A stretch of 64,000 bases of DNA. Source: Chlorokybus atmophyticus (lineage: Eukaryota > Plantae > Mesostigma and Chlorokybus algae). Shown here one piece after another: positions 35,967-54,769 of this stretch. Position 1 is the first letter of the stretch, and each line of letters begins with the position of its first letter. The notes below the pieces were generated by a model. The model was not told the origin of the DNA and ran no database searches. It saw only the letters and a list, made by a program, of their open reading frames with translations. The position numbers and the translations under genes are program-made. Location of the stretch: positions 92,486 to 156,485 of the forward strand of contig RHPI01002955.1 of NCBI GenBank assembly GCA_009103225.1. The letters run 5' to 3'.

Positions 35967-37327
35967 CACCCCACATGGGATGAGAGGGAGAGCCCGTTGA
36001 ACAACTAAACTAGGCACCCCACACACAAGAGTCGAGTATGCACATGCTGAGCTGCCTCCACACATGTTGAGGCCGTTCATATACCCTCTCTTTGCTGCTC
36101 TCCGACCTAGAACATCCAAGTCCAAGGCTACATGCCTTGTCATGGCTGCGTTGACCACAACTCATGTCTAGGGCTGCCACATCAGCCCTTGGACCTCTTT
36201 CAACGCCCAAGACTGATCACACATCAGCCTCGGACATTGTAAATGTCCCTAGGCTGGTCACATCAGCCTAGGACATCACACACATCATCCTTGGACGTTG
36301 TGAACGTCCTTGGCTGGTCACATCAGCCTAGGACATCATACTCATGCATACATATGCATCCTTATGCATACATATGCGCGCATATGCACACATATGCGCA
36401 TGCATGCATATACATGCATACATCTAGTACATACCTCTCATGCACGCATATGCACTCATATGCGTACATGTGCACACATATGCAAACACATGCATACACA
36501 TGCGGACATATGCACACATATGTCTCTGTACATCACATGATGTCTCATCTGCTATGATCAGCCCTGTGCTTGCCATCATGCCTTGTGTAGTTCATCATGC
36601 TCAAGGCCGCACAGGCTCTGGAGCAGACCTACATGAGAGCACACCCACAAGCACTACACACGCTTGCGTAGTGTGGGTCCCCACTTGGTCTCATCTTACT
36701 TACCACATAAGTAAGGGACAGAGAATGGCTTTTGCCTGCCCTGTGGGCGTGACAACAGTAATGCTATCACTGTTTCGTGACTTGAATGCATGCTCATTAT
36801 GCATGCTTAGCCATGCAACTCAAATCTTAGACATTCGATGCATAGTGGACAAATGACCCCGAACCACCACCTTATTTCCCCACCTTCCAAGCCACAGGTA
36901 CTCTAGTGCGTCTATGATAAGCCTCATTGTGTGCAATGAAACGAACATATTACATGGGCGCCAACCGTTGTAGTGTGTAGTGTCCAGTTATACTCCATCA
37001 AAACACGATTATACAGTGGGATGTACACATGCCATGTCCCCAAGAGCTATATGCTGTCTATTGTGCTCGTGAAAGGAGGGTGCAATTGCCTTAATGTACC
37101 GGTAGTAAACAGTGGTATCCATCTTCATGTATGCGGTGCTTGTATCAATGAGAGATTCCATTCTCCCTGGAAATGAATTTCTAACACACAGGAACCCAAG
37201 CAGACATAGAATGAGATTCCCCAATCCTGGTGAGATTCCTCCACCGCCAGGTTAGTAAGCGGATTAGTAAGCGGAGCACGACGCCAAGCTCTAACTCGGA
37301 CACAGTAGCACACAAACAGACACACAG

Positions 37328-37372
<45 letters not shown>

Positions 37373-37390
37373 CTCTAACTGCACGTCATC

Positions 37391-40228
<2,838 letters not shown>

Positions 40229-40534
40229 GCTTTCAACAAGGGAGTGCTGTGATGAAACCTCATTCGAGTGAGAATTGAGCTTTCCAACGAGGACTTGTAT
40301 AGTACATTTTAAGGGCTGTTACATACTTTGATGTTTAGGCACGCTCTTAAGGTGATCGATTGTATAAATTGTACATTGTTAGATCATCTTTCTTGGTGTA
40401 CATAGTTGGCGTCATTCGCGTTGGCTACCACCCAATGGTCGCTATTTTCTCAGTTGAACACTACTGGTTGCTGCAGTCTTTTGCTGAGCTGGTCAGATAC
40501 ACGCATGTGCACATGCTAGTTGTTCCCTGCTGGC

Positions 40535-40587
40535 TAGGTAAAGACGACCGGTACCACCGGAATGGTGGTACCGGTCGTCTTTACCTA
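40535..40587. other. Perfect 24-bp-stem hairpin, 5-nt loop
   Basis: TAGGTAAAGACGACCGGTACCACC-ggaat-GGTGGTACCGGTCGTCTTTACCTA. Confidence 0.9.
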
Positions 40588-40683
40588 TTGGAAGGGCTTA
40601 CTGTCCGATGTTGAGTGATGAAGACGATATGATTTGCCTTGCCCACCACACGGAGTCCACACTTGCCTTCCTTATTTTGTTAA

Positions 40684-43600
40684 TGTCGTGCTAAATTCCG
40701 ATGGTGCCAAATGGAGTCGTCCAGCTCGTCATGGCCTCGTGATGCTGCACCTTCTCCACCTTCACACGTGGTAGCTTCCTCCATGCATATATGCTATCGC
40801 AAGATCCTCGCGAAGCTGCCCCACTAGTGTACATACTCATGTACACGACACTTACACCGAGCGCGCATCATGGACTCAAGCGCGGGCTTTTACACTTGCA
40901 ATTGGCATGTGATGCACGGGGAGATGAGGCTAAGTTCGTTCACAAGGTGTGGCACATGCTCATACACTTCACACAAGCAAATCCAAGCATGTGCGCACTC
41001 GCAAGCATACAACCAAGGCAACGATCAACCAAGTGTTGAAGCCTTTTTCAAATAAATATGCTCTCAGGTATGCTCCCAATAAAGCAAGGGACTTGCACTC
41101 AACCATCTGCACAAGTCAAGGACACTTACATAACCTCCCTACCATGTCTCTACAACCGTTTTAACCACTCTAACTGCCACAATTACCATACAACTCCCAA
41201 GTCAGTTACAACCAGCGATTCACAATTACATGCGAGTCCTATTAGCGAAATTGAGACACACCTCGAAGTGCTAACCGAAATTCAGCCCTAACTCATGAAA
41301 CGTGCGCCCAAAAAGCGTTCATAACCAATGCATTGCGCCACCGACACGCACGCGCATGACAGCTGTCGTCACGGCAGTGCCCAATTCTGTCGTTGTTCAA
41401 TGGTGTCGTCCACAAGCTCGTCATGGCCTTGTAATGCAGCACCTTCTCCATCTTCACACGTTATAGCTTCCTCCATGCATGTATGCTAGCTCAGGATCCT
41501 CTCGAAGCTGCCCCACAAGTGTACATTCTCATACACATGATAGGACACTTACAACATGCGCGCATCACACCCCCTTCAACTGGTGTTCACATCCCGAGAG
41601 TGTCACCTGACCTCCCCAATCTCCTTCACCCACACGCATCATCGCATCCGTCCACCCCCTCGCTTTGACCCTTCTCAACCTCTCTCACTCGCACCCGGGA
41701 AACGCCTTCTTACCAACACCACGCTCCCATCCTGGTCTGAAAAAGCCTGCTCCAACCAATGCTCCAACCAATTGTCCACTCCCCCTTCCACCGGTTACAA
41801 TCTTAAGAACTCCTGCCTATAGTACATCTGCACGGGCTCTATTGTCATTGCAAACACGGCCGCAAACCCTCCTTCAGCTGTTTGAAGATGCAACGGACAT
41901 GGCCCCCAATCCTTTGGCTGCAATCCCATGCGCGCCGCTCTCTCTCTAAGTATCAGCGGTTGCGCACATGTATCCACCAGCACGCGCTCCGGTGTGTACC
42001 CAATCATTTTCACATGATGATGCTTGTTGTCCACCGTTGCCACCATCGAACAACAACAACATGAAGCCTCGCATCTAGTCTTGACAAAGCCGTCGACAAA
42101 ACCAGCTGCACCGCCTCTTCTACCACTTTCGTGTGCATGCCGTTTGCTAACTCCACCATGGGCACATTCACCTTCAGCTCTTGCTCACCGTCAGCCACTC
42201 CATAAAGCTCCTTTTCCTCGTCGACGACTGCCCGCAACTCCTCCTTACACGTTACACTGCAGCATTAGCGTCGCGCTCAAACTGATTTGCGTAGCTGCGT
42301 CGGCTGTCGTGGGCTTCAACATGTCCCCCAACGCGCACTCCATACGCTCTGAGATGCATCCGACATCCTTCAGCGTCAACATGGGCTGGTGGAGAAGCGT
42401 TTCCGCCAGCTTATGGACTGCACTTGCATCTGCATACGCCACCATTGGCACTGCGGTGACCTTCATGACGCGCGTACATGTTGGGCTGACTTGCGCATCC
42501 GTCACCTTTAACAACATGCCAAACCCTTTGCGGACTGCATCTTGCCCTCATCCACATCATTCTTCACGCCTTTACGCATGCCTTGCTCCACCCTCAAGAA
42601 CCTCCTCACCAAAGGCAATGTCAACGCTGACGTCGCCGACACCGCCATAGCTGGCGCAGGCGCATGACCTCCCGCCGCCGCCGTCACATGTGCCAATGTC
42701 GCGCATGGATGCGCACCAGCTGGTGCAAACAGTTTGTCATGACCCTCAGCAACTTTACAAACCTCCGAGGCTGCAACGCGGACCCCCTTGCCTAGCGTGT
42801 AGGGCGATACGACCGTCGTATGTGCTGGTGCAACGCGCGCAGTCCCCGTAGCTGCACAACGCCGCGCTGTACGCCAAGAACGCGTACGCACCTCCATCCT
42901 CATCATCCTTCCCCTGCCGGACACCCTTTTGCTTGCCTTCTGGCTGCGTGAGCAACCCCACCCCCACCCCATCCACCCCGCGCCGCCTTCAACTCCGCAA
43001 CCTCGGCGACAAGCGCGGACACTTCGCTTGCACCCGCCAGCTCCGCGTGGCTTTGTGAGCTTCCCGCTTGAGCTGAGTGTGCTGCCTTGGACGCCACCTT
43101 GCCGCTCAGCACCTCCACGCGCAAGTGCGGATGCTTGCTCCAACACACATTGTCATCATGGCCCGCTTTCCCACATCCCAAACACACAAGGCCTTGCCTT
43201 CAGACAGTACTTGGCTATGTGTCCCACCTCTCCACACCTCTAACAAACTCCCATTTGCTGCTCCTCATGCCGTGCACTCATGGGAACAACGTTTGCAACC
43301 ATGACACTCCTCACCAGGGCTGACTTGATGACTGTAGCTTGGCCTCCATCGCGCCGACCAGCATCGGTGCGCTTGGTTGCTCCTGACAGCTGCGTCGCCA
43401 TGCCTTTTGTCATCGAACCAATGCTCTTCTCATATTCTTGATGCCATTGGGCGTCCTCAAGTGCAACGAAGACGTCACGAAGCGTGTAGATTGCGCCTTG
43501 CTGTGCTCCTCAAACCACAGTCTGTACCGCCTCTCTCAAGCCATCTGCTGACGTACGCAAGTACAACACTGCAGCCATCTTGTTCGAGACAACCTCATAC

Positions 43601-45253
43601 TCCGTGTCCTTTAACAACTTCTCCATCCTTGTGTACATCATGCGAGGGGTCTCACCATCCTTGCACTTGAAGTACATCAGCTCCATCATCTTGCCGGCAT
43701 CGATTATGGAGATATATATATATATATATATATATACGTCGACGTTAACATCACCATGAACTCCTTCACGAGCTGCACCTTTGCCCACTCCTTGTCAAAC
43801 TTAGCTCCACGATCAGCTGTACACACCTCTTGTCGAGCCTCCGATCTCCTCTTGAACTCCCTCCCTGTGCATAAAGATTCATCTTCTCAAAACTCGGGCA
43901 TCCGATGCCTAATAACAATACACATATATATATATATATGTATAGTTATATATATATATATATATATAACTATAACAAATTTATCGTATCATTGACACTC
44001 ACCACATATGTGCTGTTATGCATGTTCGCTATTACTTTTATTGCATATTTTGAACGAACAAACGTTTGTTAAAGCGGATTTTACTCAATAATAGCCGTGT
44101 TTTGTTTATGTAACATTCAAAACATAATCATACCCAAGTGATTCGAACTCAACCCTATTTATGGCAACAAGTGATGGCATATGGTTATGTACATAAATGT
44201 AAAATGTAACATGATCATAGATAATATGATATATATGTCATTATATCAGAATATTGTCGTCACATGCAGCGACATCGCCCCACAACTCAGTTGTGAACCG
44301 TCTGAATAATGGCATCCGATACTTTAGCGACCGCGCGCAATCTGGACCAACGATCTTAAATGCTTTGTGCTCATTCTATGACCTATCACTTTCCGACTAG
44401 CTGATCATGCGACACTCAAACCTAGCCTTGAAATTTTATAGCTCCATTGTGCTGGGCCGCTGTAATGCGTGTGCGCTCCCTCCATCTCCGTCTTCAACAA
44501 AGTGTCCATCAGATTATGATCCTCCTCTTCAATGTCCTTGTGGTCTTTGTTGTCACCGGCTGGCTCGTTCTGGAAGTCTCATTTGTTTGGGGGAACATGC
44601 ACCTCCTGTTTGGGCAACTCTTCTCTCTCCTCCATGGCCGCGGGGACTTTAAGCTCCTTTTTACCATCTCCTTGTTTCCACGGGCATTTGATGTCTTTCA
44701 CCGAATCTCCTCGGCATCTCCGCCCTGTCTTTAGATCAAGGGCACAACCACAAACACCCACACACCTTTATGATAATGAGTTGAGCGCAAGTAACAAGCG
44801 CGTGTCTTACCCAACGTAGACTCAAGCACGGGCTTCTACACTTGCAATTGGTATGTGATGCACGGGGAGATGAGGATAGGTTCGTTTACAATGTGTGACA
44901 CACGCTCACACACTCTACACAAGCATATCCAAGCATGTGTACATTAAAAGCAAGCATACAACCAAGGCAACGATCAACCAAGTCTCTCCAAGTAGCTGTA
45001 TACTCCCAATAGAATAAGGGACTTGCGCTCAACTAGCTGCAACACAAGTCAAAGACACTTACATTCCCTCATACCACAATTGCCACACCACTCCTTAATC
45101 AGTCACAGCCAGCAATTTTCAGTCACATGTGAGTCCTACCAGCGTAATTGAGATACACCTCGGTGTGCTAACCGTAACTTAGCTCTTACTCATGAAATAT
45201 GACCCAAACAGCCTTCATAACCGATGCTTTGCGCCGCTAACACGCGCATGACA
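40684..45253 (-). mobile_element. Non-autonomous member of the DNMT/PHD group (gag plus protease only) with A...B-A-B termini
   Basis: A1 45253-44817; gag pieces (FKCKDGETPRMMYTRM; CLGCGKAGHDDNVCWSKHP); protease RVLVDTCAQPLIL; G-rich tract GAAGGGGGTG (41577-41568); B1 41567-41364; GC; A2 41361-40871; B2 40870-40684. Confidence 0.8.
43714..43970. repeat. Short (TA)n tracts inside and near the gag remnant
   Basis: TA runs at about 43714-43737 and 43924-43968. Confidence 0.8.
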
Positions 45254-47139
45254 AGACCTTTGAGGACGTATTGACTATAAAGCCCTTGCCATCAAAGGGA
45301 GCGTGTTCCTTAGCCTCCCACTAGCTGTGCACGTCTCCCTCCTTGCAAAAGGAGCAATGTGCATGTGACTGCTCGCATACTACAATTGGGTGTTTACATT
45401 GTGTGCGGACTTGTGCATATGGTCCATATATGGTTTGTTCTATGACTCGTTAACTGGTCAATGCGCATGCATGATGTGCGCATAAGTCATGTGCTTAAGC
45501 ATGATCGCATGAGTTAATACAACGGTAAGAGTTGAAAAGGCTTGGCCCTGGTGGGCACGCGTGTTACATGCTATCATTATTGGGTAGGCACGCCGCGTGT
45601 ACACCGCGCAGCACTTTAAGGGGCACGTGATTGTGATCATTATACATTCTGAAATGGTTCAACAGCCCAGCCTCCCATTGTGCTGAGCAGATACATTACA
45701 TACTCTTTTCGAGGGGTATTGTTATAAATTGAATATATGTAGCGCTAATCCGCATTGCTGTAGTGCAGCAAATAACAATAAAGTCCACCACATCTTACTT
45801 TTAAACTGTAGTCTCCTTTGGCTCAGTGAAGTGTAGTGTACAGGCAGCAATACACTGCACTCCGTAGCAAGGTGCTGTTAGCCTAAGCGAGCTTAATTTG
45901 GTGTAGACTAGGTTATATTCTGCCATCGTATAATTTAATATTATAATTTAATATTAACCTTGTATTAACCTTGTCAATCGAAAATTGCAAAGATTATAAA
46001 TGCGCTGCAACTTTTATTTTTTTAATCATGCATCGTATTTATTGAAGAATTCTACTTTTTATGCATACATAATCCCTTGTTTTTGCATGTCAATCAAGAT
46101 ATAATGGCTATTGTATATGATAACCATTACCATGTGACAGTCATTACCGTTTAACACCGCCGGTGTCACATGGGCGGTGTTCATGAGCAAATGATTACTT
46201 CAGATTGACATGAGAGCTGCTATATAGCATGAAAGCCGCAATGTTTTGCATAGCAGACCCACCCCCCACCCACCCCAGGCCCACCCGGGGGGGGGGGGGG
46301 ATATGTGGAGCGCGATTTAACTGATACAGCATGTGTTGCAAATGATGATGTCGCCATCATTACTGGGCAACGCGTTGTCATAAAATGAGCGATGTTTCTA
46401 GCTTGCAACATTGTCATAGGCAAAGGCCGATAAAAAGCAGAAGCCTAACCATTTTATTAAAAACTTCAAAAGAAGCAAAGGGTCCATTTCCTTATATTGA
46501 AATACACGAGCATGCATGGGTTACCGCGTGCTATGCTGCTTATCACCCATCATATGCATCAGCCACAGACGCTCGACGTCTTCGCGCACATAAACGCTAT
46601 ATGCATGATGGCACAAATAAGAGCACTCCTTCTGTATTTTCGTCATCGATTGGTGCTTGGTAACTCCCACATGAGGAACAAAGAGGGAAGCCTTGTTGTA
46701 TAATGAAGGAGATACAACATTGCATAAATAATGATACCTTGTGTGCACGTGCACGTGTGCATTGCGTTATTAACCAAAACGCCCGTTATGTCAAACAGTA
46801 TGACTTACTTTCTATTTTGGTAACATTATGCAATATACAAGAATACACAAACATGCATACGCATCACCATACAAATTGTGGTGTGATGATGTATCATGTT
46901 GCTATTGCACCGCAAAATATCTAAAAAGTTCATCTTTCACCTTCAGAACGTTATATTTTTTTACCTCGATTGAAGCCTATTGTGAGGCTTTCACTCGGTA
47001 TCGGAGGCTTAATCATGTTTACACAAGCCCTCCAGTGGAAGGCCTCCACCCATACTACCGAAGAGGCTCTCGTTTGATGTTGAATCAGGGGGCCGTACGG
47101 CGCTGCGTACGGCGCTTACTCCGACACAGCAGCACACCC

Positions 47140-50489
<3,350 letters not shown>

Positions 50490-52318
50490 TATTTTTGTCA
50501 CTCAGCGGCAAAAACTGCTGAAACGGGTCGGGAACATCGCCCTCGTCGAGTAGTAACGACGATGCTGCATTTACCACCGTTTCGTGGTGAAGCTTACAAC
50601 GAGGTTATCTGTGATGAAATTTCATTGTACAGATTTGAGAGAGAGCTGAAGTTTACTCAAGGAAGGCTGACGTGTTTATTCCCAGTGCTGTTACCGCTGA
50701 TGTAGACACGCTCGCTCTTAGGGCGAAGGTATTGTACCCATTGTACATTATCCATTCATCTTGCTTGGTGTACAGTGAGTCTTTTCCGTTGGCTACCACC
50801 CAATGCTCAACAGTGCTCAAAAGTCAGTTGAACACTACTAGTCACTGCTGTGTATTGCTGAGCTGCCCAAACACAAGCATATTGGCAGTTGCGTTTGGCA
50901 ACTTGTTAACTGCGCCTACTTGTTCAGGTGATTATGTGGTTGTTGTGGGCTTAGTGGGGTTGGCTGTGGAGACTGCCGCGTGCGGACATGGTTCACCATG
51001 GATGGCGATGAATGCTTGCCACAATGCAATGTGCATTGCATATCATTGCATATCACAACATACTCTGCGAGCTTGGGTCAGCCCTCTTGCTTGTTGCACG
51101 CATAGCATATGCACTAGCACTCCCTTATGATCTTATATGCACATGATAGCTTTTGCCTGCTGGCTGCTACAATGGGGGGGGGGGGGGGGGGGGNGGAGGG
51201 TCATGTATATAAGGGCCGGTCATGTATATAAGGGCTATGGTACCGTGCCTGCATGCATGGTGTGCGGACAATGCGATTGACATGTATCACAACTTACCAG
51301 CACTCTTCACACAACAGTCACCAGCGGGCTAGTACTGTTACTGCTTGCTACGCTATGCCACTTCTAGCCCGACCAGTTAGACATACCAGCATGCAGAAGG
51401 TTAGTACCTACCCACACAGGCGCTGTTTAGTCGTTGCTGGCAACGGCTAGGACTGCGACGGGCTGAGCATGCAGGACGACGACTCCCTTCTCCCTCCTCT
51501 CCCTGTGTCTCCGCCTTCCTCCGACGCTCAACAGCCAGTGCGCTTGCTGCTGGGTCTCGCTGCCGCAACAGCCCGTGTGTAGCTATTACAAGGTTTTACC
51601 GTTAGTCTTTGCGTGATGCAAAAGAATTGATATACGATGCACAAGACGTAATTGCACATACATAGCACATCATACATTACACCACATTCACCTGCATACT
51701 ACGTTCAGGACCACCGGGCTACTCAGCGCTTGCGCGCTGCCTAAGCCTACCATCTATTGCTCATTTTACCGCCCCCGCTGTTAGGCATGCATGCATGCAG
51801 TGCAGCCTCCATTACCTGCGCATGCGCCTTGGTTAGCCGCATTTTCCCTGGCACTCAAATCCGCAAGGGCCGCAAGCTGGCCGGTAGGGTTTGGGTTACG
51901 TGCGTCGGCGCGCATTGTATGGCGCACACTGGTTGCCGGCTGGCGTGTCGTCGATGTGCCGTGCCCATTACACGTTCTGCACACTTGTTTTTTATGTTAA
52001 TTACCATACGAGGTTGAGCAGCATTGGACAACACCGTTTTAGGGCCAACTCAATTGTAAAATAATTCATGAATGCGGTGCGGTAATAAACGGTTGTCGTG
52101 AAAGGAAGCCTCGCCTGCGGGTAATGTCCTGCAGTGGGGTGTGTGCGCGAAAGTGCATAAGTGTTGAAAGTGAGAAATGCTGCAGGGCAGCGTGCGGGAC
52201 GCGCCGCAGGGAGAGCTGTGGTAGCAATGTGCGTATTGATGGCGTAGTGGGTGCAAGAGATAGTGAAGAGAAAAAATAAATGTATGGTCCCCTAAGTTTT
52301 TTGTATATGTGGTAGTAG

Positions 52319-52543
52319 TCATTCAATAAGCTCCCCCCCTGCCTGGTCATCGGCGTCCCGACGATTATCCTGACACCGACGGCAGCGCCATGAAAGCTCC
52401 GCTAAAGTTGTGGCGACGTTCGGGTCAACTGCACCAGGTGTGATATGGAGGCTGCAAGCCTCACGCCAGTATTCCAAGCAGGTGTCACATTCTTTTAGCG
52501 GTCGGTCGGACGCAGCGCAGCCTGCACACTTTGAAATGCGCAC
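52319..52543 (-). pseudogene. PHD finger of second element (His replaced by Arg)
   Basis: CAGC..ECDTCLEYWREAC..SWRCRRC. Confidence 0.75.
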
Positions 52544-54769
52544 TCACGGGTGAGGCTTGCGTAGGCCTTCGACATACGGGAAGTGGCAGGGGAAGCAGTT
52601 CTACACGTGGTCCATTGTAATGTTGCCTAAGGGGTCACGCAAGGACAGGGTGCCTTGCGCGCGCACTTGGACAACCTTGTACACCATGTCATAATTGGCG
52701 GGGTCTTGGGTGTTAATGGTCTGCTTCTTGCGGTAGACTTAGTCCCCTCCATGGAACTTGCAGACCTGGGAATGTACTTGCGTACCACCGCATAGCGGTG
52801 CTTGTCTCGCTGTTGTGCGGACCGGAGGTTGGCCAGGGCGGTGGGTACAGCTGCTTTGAGCAGCTTGGCGCGTGCCGTGAGCACTTTCATCATATGGGTG
52901 GGCCTGTTGATGATATCTTGAACTGCTTCGGTGGCATGGCGAACGCGGAACGAAAGTAATGGCTCCCGCCTGAACATAAGAAAGTATGGGCTGAAGGAGC
53001 ACAGAGTTGCCTGCCGAGTGCAGTGGTAGCCCAGCGCCAGCCAAGGCAAAAAGTCATCCCATTCTTCTTGTGTATGGGTGAGACAGTAGCGCCGTAAAGC
53101 CTTCTTAACTGTTTGCACCATCCTTTCTGCAAGCCCGTCGGTTTGCGAGTGATCACGGCTGGTGCGGCGATAATCAATAAGTGACCGATTGAGCAGGGCT
53201 TCAAATTTCCCTGCTGAGATGTTTGGCAAATGCGCTGAACCGACTGAGGATATGATCGAAAAAGACCCGAGTTAACTACTGTTTCCGCTGACTTGTTTTG
53301 CAAAGACACCAGTTTGACCCATTTTCTATGTGTTTAATGGCGACGAGAACGTACGCGTTGCCGCGACACATGGGTGGCAACTCCCCTGCCAAGTCAATGC
53401 TTTAGCAATAGCCTATACGTATATGATGGGGAGAGGGTGCAGCTGCGGGTGACGGTGTGAGAATCTGGCCCGCATACGGTCACAGGATAGGCACTGCCTC
53501 AGGACATCGGCAACGTGATTGGTGAGCCCGTCCCACCAACAGTTGCTGCGCACCATGTGGGCGGTGCGCTTCATGCCGAAGTGGCCATGGTGGTGATGAA
53601 GGTTAGCAATAATACAGGTACGCCGGCTTGATGGAGGTACCTCCTTGCGTTGGCCGTCGTTCATAATGCGTCGGAGGGTGTCGTTGTCCCAGGTGTAGTT
53701 CTTACCTTGGTGTTGTGCGCAGTCCACTTTGTTGTGATCAAGGCCGTTAGGCAAGGCCCCTATTTTCATCAACAGCAAAGTCGGCTCATCTGTCCAAATG
53801 TCTCCTTCGCTTGCAGGTATGGTGGCGTGAAGTACGGGTTACATGCTTCCGCGCGTATGCCAGCTGCGACGACGAGCATGGCATGTTTGCAAGGAGTGTC
53901 ACCGTTGTAATGTGCAACTGTTGCATTCACGGTGTTAGGGTTGCGGTTGCGGCTCAGCCCATCAGCGTAGGTGTTGGTGATTTCGGGCTTGTGCATGATG
54001 GTAAATTCGTATTCCTGCAACAGTAGAGCCCAGTGAGCATGCTTGCTTGTCAGATTCTTGCTGGTGAGGAGCCACTGGAGGGGCTGATGGTCTGTTACTA
54101 GTTCAAACTTGTAGCAGAAGAGGAGTGGCCAAAAGAACTGAATGACCCAGACAGATGGGAGCTGCTTCCCTTTGTAGCTGCTGTTATTAGCTTCAGCGGC
54201 GTTACTGCTCCGGCTGGCATAAGCAATGACCTCCCTTGCCCTTGTCGTTCTTCTAACACACTACCAAGCCGGCTCCAATTTGTGTGCAGGATGAAGGGCT
54301 TGCTGTAGTCGGGGCGTGCCAGTATGGGGGCAGACTGCAGGTGAGCGCCTCAAAAGCCTGCTGCTCAATTTCGCCCCAATGCCATGTGATGGCCTTCTTC
54401 AACGGGTTGTTGAGGGGCTTGGCCACCCTATGGAAGTTGAGGTCAAAGCTACGATAATAGTTGGTAAGCCCGAGAAGTGTGCGAAAGCGCGATATGTCAA
54501 TGAGGGACGGCACCTCCAACAACGCATCCACCTTTGCCTGCTGCACCATCACGCCGTTGAGGATGATGAGGTGGCCGAGGTAGGGGATTTTATCGGCGAA
54601 GAATGTGCACTTCGACGGGTGTGCCGTAAGGCCGTACTCCTTCCGTCTGTGCAGCACGTTTTTGATGTGCTGTAGGTGAGCTTCAGGGGTGTCGCGCGAT
54701 CAGAGGGGACAGATTGTGGACGGGTTTGTTGGCTCCAACACATAGCATATGAGTGAGATTGCAAACAAG

